From contig CAXHJY010001730.1 in the NCBI GenBank assembly GCA_964016885.1, positions 49,293 to 113,292 of the forward strand: a stretch of 64,000 nucleotides of DNA, given 5' to 3'. Both the position numbers and the translations under genes were made by a program. Every line of letters begins with the position of its first letter. Position 1 is the stretch's first letter. Shown here one piece after another: positions 1-15,263 of the stretch. This DNA is from Eledone cirrhosa. Its lineage: Eukaryota. The notes beneath the pieces were generated by a model that was not told the origin of the DNA, ran no database searches, and worked only from the letters and a program-made list of their open reading frames with translations.

Positions 1-210
1 ATAATTCGGGCTGTTTGTTTACAAACAAACCGAGCATTATAATAAATGTGCAGTAAACCCATACGTACATATATGTATATGTATATGTATACATGTATGT
101 ATGTATATACATACTACTGTACGTCTGTATACATATATGTATGTACATATACATACTTATATTTAAGTATCAGCCGTACTAAGAGTGAGAAATGAAATTT
201 CATATTTTCC
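1..210. mobile_element. MITE-like repeat family A, one end
   Basis: 1-68 is the near reverse complement of about 11351-11417. The motif CATACTACTGTACGTCTGTATAC...TTTAAGTA recurs at 11641 and 50692, and CAGCCGTACTAAGAGTG recurs at about 50753. Confidence 0.7.
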
Positions 211-288
211 ATATATATATATATATATATATTTCGTTTCTGAATTTGTTTAGCAAGATTCTTTATCTGAAAACGTGTGTTGAAACCG

Positions 289-898
289 ATATTGTTATAC
301 TTTGGTAGGGTCATGTTGCCAATAAGAAATACACGCACCAGTTGCTTTCACTTCAATTTATTATAAATTAAATTTATAAATTTAAGAATTTATAAATTTC
401 CGGTTGGTTGGTTGGTTGGTTCCACAACCAGATGATTGTTCATATATTGTCAAAGTTCTTTCGTCACACATTCTGTGACCTCTTCAGTGACTGGGGATTC
501 TTTTCTTTGTTTTTGTGCCTCTCCTTTGTTCTGCCCTACGCCATCTTGTAACATGTAAATAAACAAATAAATAAACAAATATAAACATACACAGACACCC
601 GGATGTAACTCATGCGCAAACTAAGCACACAACACACACAAAAACAAGATGGCGTAGGACAGAACAAAGGAGAGGCACAAAAACAAAGAAAAGAATCTCC
701 AGTCACTGAAGAGGTCACAGAATGTGTGACGAAAGAACTTTGACAATATATGAACAATCATCTGGTTGTGGAACCAACCAACCAACCGGAAATTTATAAA
801 TTCCTAAATTTATAAATTTAATTTATAATAAATTGAAGGAAAGCACTGGTGCGTGTGTTTCTTATTGGAAACATGACCCTCCCAAAGTATAACAATAT
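289..898. repeat. Long inverted repeat (arms 289-548 and 645-898, 96 bp spacer); probable Penelope-like element 5' fragment
   Basis: The arms are near-perfect reverse complements. A diverged homologue lies at 63748-64000. The right end abuts (TA)n. Confidence 0.85.
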
Positions 899-1186
899 AT
901 ATATATATATATAAATGCTCGGATTTACTACTTGGAATCTTTGAGCATATTCCACAGATAGTATGTCACATCATTCTGACATACTCAGACATGACATCCT
1001 TAATATAATTTTGGTATAAATATACATATAGATATATATATTTATATATATCCGTATTTCTATCTGATTTAATCAATATTATTAAAGGATTGCCGCCTCT
1101 CCTAGAGTGTGCGTGTGTGGATATATAAATATATATATATGTGTGTGGATATATAAATATATATATATATATGTGTGTGGATATAT

Positions 1187-1253
<67 letters not shown>

Positions 1254-1958
1254 CGTGCGTGCGTGTGTGTGTGTGCGTATATATTTATAGATGTCTGTGT
1301 GTTGATTTGATTGCAACGTTCTACAACTGTGGGGTGTGGTTGTAGTGTAAGGTTAATGAATGATGACTGTAATCACACGTGGTGGTTGTAGTTGTTGGGG
1401 TTGTGGTGGTGTTGTGGTGGCAGTTGTTAGGGTGGTGATGGTGTTGTGGTGGCAGTTGTTAGGGTGGTGGTGGTGTTGTGGTGGTGGCAGTTGTTAGGGT
1501 GGTGGTGGTGGTTGTGATTGTATTTGTTGTTGTTATCTGTCAGAGAGTGAACAGCTGTGTCCATTGACTCTTGTTTTCAACAGAGAGTGTCTGATTATAT
1601 CCCATAACCTAGCAGTTCGACACGCAAAACCCTACCACAGCTGAACTTATAATTACTGCTCTCGATATATATATACAACGAAATCCCTTCAAGGCAAAGT
1701 CTCAGTGCCACCGTGTCAGGAGAAGCAGTCTAATGACTGAAACAGGTGAGAGAGTAACAGTAAAAGAGGGTGTGCTTCTGGATGGAAGGGCACGGCTAGA
1801 AGCCTATCTACCAAAGACAAGAATTGTTTGTGTCTGAGCCCCTGTGATAAACAGGTGAAACTCCAGAGAAACTAGATTCATTTTTTAGCCTTAATAAAAT
1901 GAATATTAAAACTCTACTTCGGTATTGAGTATTTTCTTCTCTCAGCCGTCGACCATAT

Positions 1959-1994
<36 letters not shown>

Positions 1995-2140
1995 GTGTGT
2001 GTGTGTGTATGCGTTCTCTATAAATTAAATCGATTAATATGTATTGAGTACTCTTTTAAATCTGAACTCCCATAGTTTTACAATAAGCAATACCACACAC
2101 ACATACTTATATACTAACATACATACCAGTGTAAATTAAG

Positions 2141-2237
<97 letters not shown>

Positions 2238-2273
2238 TAATTATATATACATATTGAGAGAGAGAGAAATAGT

Positions 2274-2307
<34 letters not shown>

Positions 2308-2651
2308 AATATACACACCGACACACACACACACACACGTGTGAGTGTATGTATGTGTATACATGTTTATATGTACATTAACATACATAGACACACACAC
2401 ATATGCATACATAGATAAGTAAAACTGGCAGCACATTTAAATACCTTTCATCTTTTAAAATATTCTCAAATACTAAACACAATTTTTAATATCTATAACA
2501 AAAACTGCAAATTACCAAAGCAAGGCAGAGACCGTAAATGAAAAACGGGGCGAAGAATTATTGTAAAATTTTAAATGAATGCAATTAAGTCTATTTCAGA
2601 TTGTAAGACTGTAAAAACGTGTCAAGGGATCATAAGCACTTCGCTTCAGAA

Positions 2652-2687
<36 letters not shown>

Positions 2688-2758
2688 CAAGGAGACAACA
2701 CACAGAGGTACAAAAAGTCTTATTAGTTTCACATTTTATATGGAAAAGAGGAAGATAA

Positions 2759-2800
<42 letters not shown>

Positions 2801-3184
2801 ATAATGATAAGTGTGGAGACTAAAATCCAAAGAGGACTTGATAAGGATAAATATATATCAAATATACAATAACCATAGAGCTGAAAATTAGTACCAGCAA
2901 TAGATGGGGTTTAACCATACATACATACATACATACAGACATACATACATACATACATACAGACATACATACATACATACATACATACATACATGGTGGC
3001 TGCCAACTCGTTTTCGAGTACGGCCACTACTTTATATCTATGTAGGAGAACCCCTACTGATGCGCTGAACGAGTGTGACTTTTTAGTCCAACCAGCGACT
3101 TGAAAACTCGGGTACAAACACTAAACTTGTGACAATTATTGACACATAGTGTTGGGCCCATGGTACCATGTGACGACAAGTGCA

Positions 3185-3603
3185 GAGAGATCTCCAGATA
3201 TAAAGCAATGCCTGTGCCGTGAAGCTTTTATAGTGAGCAAAGGCATTGCACAAAGCCAGTCCCACTCTCTTAACCAAGATGATATTTACCAAAAAGAAGA
3301 ACAAGTCAACATCATTGGATACCATCAGGGTTGCAGGTGTTATATCAGAGTTTTCCTTCTCCTAGAATTCTGCCTTGACAAAGGCTAAGGGGTGATCTCT
3401 CCCGGTGATTTTGGATGGCAATTGACTCTTAGGAGTGTCAGGTCACCAGTTGGTCCTACTGGTAACATGTTTCCCAGTACAACCTGTCTCATAGTCGGAT
3501 CGTTGGCGACTAAACTGGCAACCCCACCAAGGTTTCTTGGTGAGGAGGGTGACTTTGGACATCCTGTAGGACTAAAAACAAAACCTGTCAAAGGGCAAAG
3601 GAA
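3185..3603. mobile_element. Interspersed repeat, probable non-LTR (RTE-like) UTR fragment
   Basis: Homologous to about 20562-20965 (AACATCATTGG, CCTTCTCCTAGAA..GACAAAGGCTA). The last about 100 bp are inverted in that second copy. Confidence 0.5.
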
Positions 3604-3659
3604 CATACATACATACATTCATACATACATACATACATACAAATATATGTCTTTCTCTA

Positions 3660-3826
3660 GGGCGATGGATTGGCAGAATCGGTAGAGAGTCGAGAGCCAT
3701 GCTTTTCGGTCTGAGTTCAAATCCTGCCGAGGTTAACTTTGCCTTTCATCCTAAAGGGGTTGATAAAATAAAGTACCAGCAATGCACTGGGTAATTGCTG
3801 GCCTTGTGCCAAAAGTAGAAACAATT
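3660..3826 (+). mobile_element. tRNA-derived SINE, internally deleted
   Basis: A-box-like TGGCAGAATCGG, B-box GAGTTCAAATCC, core GCCTTTCATCC..GATAAAATAAAGTACCAG and tail GCCAAAAGTAGAAACAATT. Confidence 0.85.
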
Positions 3827-4728
3827 AATTCATTACAAAATTAATAACTTAACATACGCTTCTTACATAAATCTGTGTAGAAAGATATTAAGTACGAACT
3901 CTCTAAAATGGGTTGTTTTATTTCCTAGAACCATAGCTGGCAATAAAAGCCTTAATGAATAATTTTGAGGTTTTTACTAAATTTATTAATTATTTCATTA
4001 CAAAGAAAGTAAATTCACACATCGTTTTTACATAAATTTATGTTGGAAGATTTTAACTTAAATAGGAACCCTGTAAAATGAGTAGCTTCGTTTCGTTTCA
4101 TAGATCCTGAGTGATTCTGTATTGGATTGGTATGGAAAGCGGTAATACTGGAATAATTCTTGGTTTCAAAGACATTTAATTTGTTTAATTTCTGTGAGGA
4201 ATGACAAGTAAAAGTGATCCTGAAGGACTGCCATTAACGGAAATACAGTTTTATTATATTCAGGGCGTTACCATAAGAGAGCGTTAAGGATGAGGGCAAT
4301 CAGAAATATACACACAGATATCCACATTCTCATGTATGTATATATGTGTGTATATATATATGTGTGTGTGTGTGTCAGTGTACTTATATATATATATATA
4401 TATATATATATCATATATTTGAGGGTGCGTGTATGACTATGTGCATATGCATGTATGCGTACGTGTATATATGTGTATAAACATGTGTGTGTGTGTGTAT
4501 GTGTGTGAGTAGCATACGTTTAATACCCAGCTAATTGCAGTAATGAAAAAAAAAACACGATATCAATCATGATCGATAGATCCGCCATATAATTATTGAT
4601 TTTTTTTTTCCAAGGTAGAAGTTTTACGAGTTCCTATCACCACCATCATTGTGATAATCATCATTTTTATTATCACCATCATCATCATTAGCATTATCAT
4701 CATCATCATTACCATTATTATCATTTTT

Positions 4729-4920
4729 AAGGCGGTGGATTGGCAGTATCGGTAGAGGGTCGGACGCCATGCTTTGCAGCATAGAGTTACGGCTCTTTAT
4801 GGTCTGAGTTCAAATCCCGCCAAGGTTAACTTTGCCTTTCATCCTTACGGGGTCGATAAAATAAAGTACCAGTAATGTACTGGGTAATTGCTGGCCTTGT
4901 GCCAAAAGTAGAAACAATTA
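4729..4920 (+). mobile_element. tRNA-derived SINE, full length
   Basis: Same family with complete head, core and tail; lies within (ATC)n. Confidence 0.9.
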
Positions 4921-5140
4921 TTATCATTGTTATCATCATCATCATCGTCGAAGCTGTCATTATCACTATCAATCACACCATTTCGATAGTCATTATTTTT
5001 ATCGACATCATCATCGTCATCGTAATTAACATCATTATCGTCATAATCATCAAAATCATCATCATCGTCGCCAAAGCTGTCGTTATCACTATCACCACCA
5101 TTATCAGTCAACATCATAGATCATAGATTTTTGTGTAGAT

Positions 5141-5188
<48 letters not shown>

Positions 5189-5811
5189 CCTTTACCAATG
5201 TACACATACATGCGCATACAAACATACACGCATACATACACACACTTGCATATATATAAGTATATATATATATACATAAATATATGTATATACTTATATG
5301 TATATATACATATATATATACATATATATACACATATGTATATACAAATATATACACACACATATATATATACATACACATATATATACATATACTTATG
5401 TATACATATATATACATTTATATACACCTATATATATATATATTTATATATGGAACAAATCAAACGGCAAGCTACAAAGATTTCACATTTTAAACGCTCT
5501 CCACTCATCCATTAGTTTCACAGTGGAAGCCAGTGAGAATGAACTACCAAATGTGGACATCCCCATAAAATTATGTAACTCTAGTATTATAACAAACACA
5601 AAAACACAATCATAAACTACAAGCACACACGTATACACACACACACACCAATAGTTGAATTTTTCTTCGTGTCACCACTCACACCCCAAATGAAACATTC
5701 CATGGCAAGCAAGAGAAATAGACGCAATGCTGATGAATCCAGAACAAAGCTGAATTTATCTTGAGGAACTTTTTGATGTTTTCCTGAGCAACAAATATCT
5801 TCTTTTCCTTC

Positions 5812-5982
5812 GTGGCAGAGAATTACAACCCGTTACGTTCTGGGTTCAAATCCCACTGAAGTTAGCTTTGTCTTTCATCCTTACGGTGTCGATAAAATAA
5901 AGTACCAGTAAAGTACTGGGGTTGATTTAATCAACTTTCCGCTCCCTAAATATTACTGGACTTGTGCCTAAATCAGAAATCA
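5812..5982 (+). mobile_element. tRNA-derived SINE, variant subfamily
   Basis: GGGTTCAAATCCC and GTCGATAAAATAAAGTACCAG, with a longer 3' part. Confidence 0.8.
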
Positions 5983-6144
5983 TTATTTTTTTCTTACTTA
6001 TTAGCATTGGAATACAGCTGAAAGTCTGGGGCACTTTAAAACTACTTTAAAACTACATCGTAGCGACTTTAAAACTAAAAATCGGTAGATTTTATTGTAA
6101 ACCCTCATCGTTGGTTTCTATATTGACGTCTAAATAATTGGCCT

Positions 6145-6530
6145 TATTTGCCAAAAGGCCAGACGGTATGACCATCTTCCCGTTCTGCGGTGGGAAACCC
6201 CTCGTCTGGGATGCCACTTGCAGCGGCACTTTCTCCAGCTGTAACCTGGTGCAGTCTGCGACTAACCCAGGTACTGCTGCATGTCAGGCTGAGGAGGCCA
6301 AACTCTCCAAGTACTGCTCGCTCTGCGATATGTTTGCGGTCGTGCCCTTGGCATTGGAGACTTCTGGTATCCTTGGCTCTAGGGTTACCCCCCACAACTC
6401 ACCACCATAGGCGCTGAGCTGGCCAGCCGCAGGTGTGAGCCTCGCGAGTTGGAATTGGTTCTTCCAGCGCATCTCCCTTACCACCCTCCGAGGAAACGCA
6501 CCTTCTCCATTCTGTCAGGGCTGTTGGGAG
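6145..6530 (+). mobile_element. CRE-clade-like non-LTR retrotransposon fragment (restriction-like endonuclease C-terminus), disrupted
   Basis: KRPDGMTIFPF.GKPLVWDATC ... AEEAKLSKY ... PLALETSG, then after a frameshift FFQRISLTTLRGNA. Confidence 0.8.
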
Positions 6531-7085
6531 GCCAGCACGTGGGACCCCATTTGCTCACCATACAGAGAGAGGGCGAGAGAGATGGGAGCGATGCCGGTGG
6601 GAGTTCGGCTCTTGCGTGTTCAGACACATTGCACGTGTCAAGAATGTATTTTCATATTTACACATCTTCCTGTTTATTGTCACACACATACACACAGAGT
6701 GATAGATAGATACATGTACGTATGTATATATATATATATATATATGTATGAACCTATAGATATATGCATACATATATATATGTGTGTGTGTGATATATAT
6801 ACTGTATATACATATTGTGTGTGTCTGTGTGTGCATGTGTGTGTGTACACGTGTGTGTGTAAGCACGAAATAAGTAAAAGATGTATTTATTTATCCACAA
6901 TTTATCCTATTTATCCTCTCCTAATGTCTAATATCAACTGAAGGTCTTGTACTGTGTAATATATAATGCCATCTCCTTACCTCTCATTCTATACCCCCCC
7001 CCCCTTTATCACTGTCATTCTCTCTCCCTCTCAATCACTTTGTCAATCTCTCTGCTCCTTTCTCGTTCTCTCTCGCCTTCTCTAG

Positions 7086-7171
7086 ATCTTTTAAAAACAC
7101 TACTTAAACAGCTCAGCTCACGCTGGCCTTTACTTCGGCGACTAAGCACCTTCTCAAAGGCAAAAAGCTAA
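7086..7171 (+). CDS. Candidate host exon (phase 1, ends in a stop): (D)LLKTLLKQLSSRWPLLRRLSTFSKAKS*
   Basis: Long polypyrimidine tract ending in CTCTAG at 7085. Only one frame is open. A weak GTAAAT lies just downstream. No homology recognised. Confidence 0.25.
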
Positions 7172-7642
7172 CGTAAATGGATATGAAACAGCAATCGCCT
7201 TTAAACCTATAGATATTTTCTTTCTCTGACAGATTAGCTGGGGCGAATAACATCGTAAAGGCGACTTATATAGGAGCTATTAATGTAATAAGTACATATA
7301 TATATGAATTGTTAATAAATGTTAGCAAATATACAATACATTGAAAATATTCCAAACACTAAATATTAAAATAAATATACATAAAATATTAAAATACCAG
7401 ATACGTGCAAATAATGTATGGCTGAACCAATATATGTGGCAACTAGTATATATATTTATATATATATATACATATGTATACATATATTTTATATATGTAT
7501 ACATATATCGTATATATGTATAGTATATCGTATATATGTATAGTATATATATATATACATATGTATACATATATCCTATATATGTATAGTATATATATAT
7601 ACATATGTATATATATATATACATATATCCCATATATGTATA

Positions 7643-7681
<39 letters not shown>

Positions 7682-7696
7682 TCCCATATATGTATA

Positions 7697-7737
<41 letters not shown>

Positions 7738-8768
7738 TCCTATATATGTATAGTATATATATATACATATGTATACATATATCCCATATATGTATAGTAT
7801 ATATATATATATATACATAAATCCTATATATGTATAGTATATATATATACATATGTATACATATATCCCATATATGTATAGTATATATATATATATATAT
7901 ACATATGTATACATATATCCCATATATGTATAGTATATATATATACATATGTATACATATATCCCATATATGTATAGTATATATATATATATATACATAT
8001 GTATACATATATCCCATATATGTATAGTATATATATATATATATATACATATGTATACATATATCTTATAAATATATATATGTATATACATATATTATAT
8101 ATATACATATATAATATATATATATACATATATAATATCATATATATATATACAAACATTATAAATATATATATATATACATATATGATATATATATATA
8201 CATATATAATATCATATATATATATACAAATATTATATATACATATATATACATATATATAATATATATATATATATATACAAATATTATATATACATAT
8301 ACACCTATACAATATATATATATAAATATATATTACATATATATATACACATATACAATATTATATATATATTATATAATATTATATATATACATATACA
8401 TATATAATATATATATATATATACACATATATAATATTATATACACATATATATATATAATATATATATATACACATATATAATATTATATATATATACA
8501 CATAATATTATATATATATACACATATATAATATATATATATACACATATATAATATTATATATATAATATTATATATGTGTATATATAATAATATATAT
8601 ATAATAATAATATATATATATATATAATAATATATATATATAATATTATATATGTGTATATATAATAATATATATATATATATATAATAATATATATATA
8701 CATATAATAATATATATATACATATATAATAATATAGATACATATATATTAATATATATATACATAAT

Positions 8769-8927
8769 AATTGTTTCTACTTTTGGCACAAGGCCAGCAA
8801 TTAACCAGTGCATTACTGGTACTTTATTTTATCGACCCCGTAAGGATGAACGGCAAAGTCAACCTCGGCGGGATTTGAACTAAGATCGTTAAGGGACCCT
8901 CTACCGATACTGCCAATCCACCGCCTT
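8769..8927 (-). mobile_element. tRNA-derived SINE
   Basis: Reverse complement of the 4729-4920 family. Confidence 0.85.
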
Positions 8928-9592
8928 ATATACATATATAATATATACATATATAATATATACATATAGTAATATATATATATATATATATACATACATA
9001 TATATACATAGATAATAATATATATATATATACATACATATATATACATAGATAATAATATATATATATACATACATATATATACATAGATAATAATATA
9101 TATATATATATACATACATATATATACATAGATAATAATATATATATATATATGCATACATATATATACATAGATAATAATATATATATATATATACATA
9201 CATATATATACATAGATAATAATATATATATATATATACATACATATATATACAAAGATAATAATATATATATATATATATATACATACATATATATACA
9301 TAGATAATAATATATATATATACATACATATATATACATATATAATAATACATATATATATACATACATATATATACATATATAATAATATATATATATA
9401 TACATACATATATATACATATATAATATATATATATATACATACATATATATACATATATAATAATATATATATACATATATAATAATATATATATATAC
9501 ATACATATATATACATATATAATAATATATATATACATATATAATAATATATATATATACATACATATATATACATATATAATAATATATAT

Positions 9593-9640
<48 letters not shown>

Positions 9641-10628
9641 TAATAATATATATATATATATACATACATATATATACATATATAATAATATATATATATA
9701 TATACATACATATATATATATAATAATATATATATATATACATACATATATATACATATATAATAATATATATATATATACATATATATACATATATAAT
9801 AATATATATATATACATATATATACATATATAATAATATATATATATACATATATATACATATATAATAATATATATATACATATATAATAATATATATA
9901 TATATACATACATATATATATACATATATAATAATATATATATACATATATAATATATATATATACATATATAATAATATATATATATATACATACATAT
10001 ATATATATATACATACATATATATACATATATAATTATATATATATATATACATACATATATATACATATATAATTATATATATATATATATACATACAT
10101 ATATATACATATATAATTATATATATATATATATACATACATATATATACATATATAATAATATATATATATACATACATATATATACATATATAATAAT
10201 ATATATATACATACATATATATACATATATAATAATATATATATATACATACATATATATACATATATAATAATATATATATATACATACATATATATAC
10301 ATATATAATAATATATATATATACATACATATATATACATATATAATAATATATATATATACATACATATATATACATATATAATAATATATATATATAT
10401 ACATACATATATATACATATATAATAATATATATATATACATATATATATATACATATATAATAATATATATACATACATATATATATATACATACATAT
10501 ATATATATACATATATAATAATATATATACATACATATATAATAATATATATACATACATATATAATAATATATATACATACATATATAATAATATATAT
10601 ACATACATATATAATAATATATATATAC

Positions 10629-10679
<51 letters not shown>

Positions 10680-11218
10680 CATATATAATAATATATATAT
10701 ATACATATATATACATACATATATATACATATATAATAATATATATATATACATACATATATATACATATATAAGAACATATATATACATATATAAGAAC
10801 ATATATATATACATACATATATATATACATACATATACATACATATATATACATATATAATAATATATATATATACATACATATATATACATATATAATA
10901 ATATATATATACATACATATATATACATATATAATAAATATATATATACATATACCCATATATAATAAATATATATATACATACATATACATATATAATA
11001 ATATATATATATACATACATAATATATATATATACATAACAATATATATATATATACATACATATATACATATACATACATATATATACATATATACATA
11101 TACATACATATATATACATATATAATATATATATATATACATACATATATATACATATATAATATATATATATATACATACATATATATACATATATAAT
11201 ATATATATATATACCTAC

Positions 11219-11258
<40 letters not shown>

Positions 11259-11261
<3 letters not shown>

Positions 11262-11700
11262 TATGTATACGCACATACATATATGTATACAGACGTACAG
11301 TAGTATGTATATATATATATATATATATATACATGCACACATATATATAAGTACGTATGGATTCACCGAACATTTATTATAATGCTCGGTGTGTTTGTAA
11401 ACACACATCCCGAATTAAGCCGTACAGTGTCTAGCAACCATCGTTGCTCATTTGTTCAAACCTGACAAAGGAACGCCGTACTAGTTTCAAGCTTATTAGC
11501 TATCGTCAGCAACGTATACCTTCCTGCCAGATGATTGAACGTCTGAAAGTATATACTTTCCTTATGCATATTAACGGCTAAGCAGCCTAATTTGCATATC
11601 GAGTGAGTTAATCGGCCGGGGTACCGAATATATATATATACATACTACTGTACGTCTGTATACATATATGTATGTACGTATACATACTTATATTTAAGTA
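11259..11700. mobile_element. MITE-like family A with about 50 bp inverted repeats
   Basis: AAGTATGTATACG..ACAGACGTACAGTAGTATGTAT (11259-11310) versus ATACATACTACTGTACGTCTGT..CGTATACATACTT (about 11638-11689), flanking a unique core. Confidence 0.75.
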
Positions 11701-12687
11701 ACTTATGTATATATGTATATATATATATATATATACATATGTACATATATAATATATATATATACATATATACATATACATATATAATATATATATATAC
11801 ATATATACATATACATATATAATATATATATACATATATAATATATATATACATATATAATATATATATATATACATATATAATATATATATATACACAT
11901 ATATAATATATATATACATATATAATATATATATATACACATATATAATATATATATATACATATATAATATATATATATACATATATAATATATATATA
12001 TACATATATAATATATATATATATATATACATATATAATATATATATATATATATACATATATAATATATATATATATATATACATATATAATATATATA
12101 TATATATACATATATAATATATATATATACATATATAATATATACATATATAATATATATATACATATATAATATATATATATATAATATATATATACAT
12201 ATATAATATATATATACATATATAATATATATATATATATACATATATATATACATATATATATACATATATATACATATATATATATACATATATATAC
12301 ATATATATATACATATATATATACATATATAATATATATATACATATATAATATATATATACATATATAATATATATATATATATACATATATAATATAT
12401 ATATATATATACATATATAATATATATATATACATATATAATATATATATATATATATATATACATATATAATATATATATATATATATATATACATATA
12501 TAATATATATATATATATATATACATATATAATATATATATATATACATATATAATATATATATATATATATATATACATATATAATATATATATATATA
12601 TACATATATAATATATATACATATATAATATACATATATAATATATATATACATACATATATACATATATAATATATATATATATAT

Positions 12688-12721
<34 letters not shown>

Positions 12722-14040
12722 CATATATAATATATATATATATATATACATATATAATATATATATATATATACATATATAATATATATATATATATATA
12801 CATATATAATATATATATATATATACATATATAATATATATATATATATACATATATAATATATATATATATACATATATAATATATATATACATACATA
12901 TATAATATATATATATATATATACACATATATAATATATATATATATATACATATATAATATATATATATATATACATATATAATATATATATATATATA
13001 CATATATAATATATATATATACATACATATATACATATACAATATATACATATATAATATATATACATATTTTTTATATATATATATATACATATATAAT
13101 ATATATATATACATATACATATATATACATATACATATATATATACATATACATATATATATACATATACATATATATATACATATACATATATAATATA
13201 TACATATATTATATATATATATACATATATAATATATATACATATATTATATATATATATATACATATATAATATATATACATATATTATATATATATAT
13301 ATATATACATATATAATATATATATATATATATACATATATAATATATATATATATATATACATATATAATATATATATATATACATATATAATATATAT
13401 ATATATATACATATATAATATATATATATATACATATATAATATATATATATATATACATATAAATATATATATATATATACATATACAATATATAATAT
13501 ATACATATATAATATATATATATAAACATATAATATATATATATACAAATATAATATATATACATATATATATATATATACATATATAATATATATATAT
13601 ACATATATAATATATATATATACATATATAATATATATATATACATATATAATATATATATACATATATAATATATATATATATACATATATAATATATA
13701 TATATATACATATATAATATATATATATATACATATATAATATATATATATATACATATATAATATATATATATATACATATATTATATATATATATATA
13801 CATATATAATATATATATATATATACATATATAATATATATATATATACATATAATATATATATATACATATATAATATATATATATATACATATAATAT
13901 ATATATATACATATATAATATATATATATATACATATAAAATATATATATATACACATAATATATATATATACATATATAATATTATATATATATATAAA
14001 TACATATATAATAGTATATATATATATATCAATACATATA

Positions 14041-14077
<37 letters not shown>

Positions 14078-14610
14078 GTATATTATATATATACAAGATA
14101 TATACATGTGTGTATGTATAACACGAAAGACAATCGAAAATTGTCTCCATCAATTTAGTAGTACCAATTTTGTTTTATATCCATATATAATATTATATAT
14201 ATATATGTGTGTGTGTGTGTGTGATGAAACACAATTGAAAGTTATCAACAACTGGGTTTTTCAAATATATATTTTTCATTAAAAAAATATACATCTAACA
14301 ATTTGTGAATTGTGAGGAGGGGTTTCCTTTCATATATTTCATCACCTTTCTAAAACAATCGCCAGCTACCTTTCACGAAGATAAAACAATGGAAGGCTCC
14401 AATATTGTTTTTAAAAACTTACCAACTGCTTCCTTCCTGTGTAATATTTATCGCTGTCTTTCATTTCTGTCCTCTGTTCTATGTCTTCTGTCTTTCTATT
14501 GCTGTTGTATATACTGTTTAGTAATAAAAATGTCATGAACATGGCGATTGGTACTTCCAGATAGGGAAACTCTTCTGAGAAAGAGATACAAATGAATGTG
14601 ACATTCACCA

Positions 14611-14800
14611 CACTCACACACAAACATACACAGACAGGTACACACTCATGCACGCGCAAACACAGACGTACTCACACACAAACATACACAGACAGGTACA
14701 CACACATGCACGCGCAAACACAGACGTACTCACACACAAACATACACAGACAGGTACACACACATGCACGCGCAAACACAGACGTACTCACACACAAACA
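14611..14800. repeat. 60-bp tandem repeat, about 3 copies (also at 18698-18887)
   Basis: Unit CACACAAACATACACAGACAGGTACACACACATGCACGCGCAAACACAGACGTACTCA. Confidence 0.9.
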
Positions 14801-14910
14801 CATACATATACACACACTCATTCACATACATTCACTTATTTTTCAGATAATATATAATATATAATACATATATACTACAATAAATATTACATATATACAT
14901 ACTATATAAT

Positions 14911-15263
14911 AGTTTCTACTTTTTGGCAAAAGGCCAGCAAATACCCAGTGCATTACTCGTACTTTATTTTATCGACCTCGGCGAGATTTAAACTCAGACC
15001 ATACAGGGAGGTAACTCTATGCTTCAAAGCATGGCGTCCGACTCTCTACCGATACTGCCAATCCATATATAATATAATATAATATAATTGTTTCTACTTT
15101 TGGCACAAGGCCAGCAATTAACCCAGTGTATTACTGGTATTTTATTTTATCGACCCCGTAAGGATGAAAGGCAAAGTTAACCTCGACGGGATTTGAACTC
15201 ACACCGTAAAGGGACGTAACTATGCTGGAAAGCATGGTGTCCGACCCTTTACCGATACTGCCA
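14911..15263 (-). mobile_element. Two tandem SINEs; the first is a recombinant
   Basis: Copies at 14911-15065 and 15086-15263. Confidence 0.85.

Larger units (their letters stand above)
7440..14100. repeat. Giant compound (TA)n/(TACA)n/(TAA) microsatellite field with higher-order units
   Basis: Direct inspection; interrupted by a SINE (8769-8927) and a MITE (11259-11700). Confidence 0.95.

Noticed and set aside
4845-5126. Asp-rich / Ile-rich ORFs
   Set aside because: They are (ATC)n repeat plus a SINE tail.
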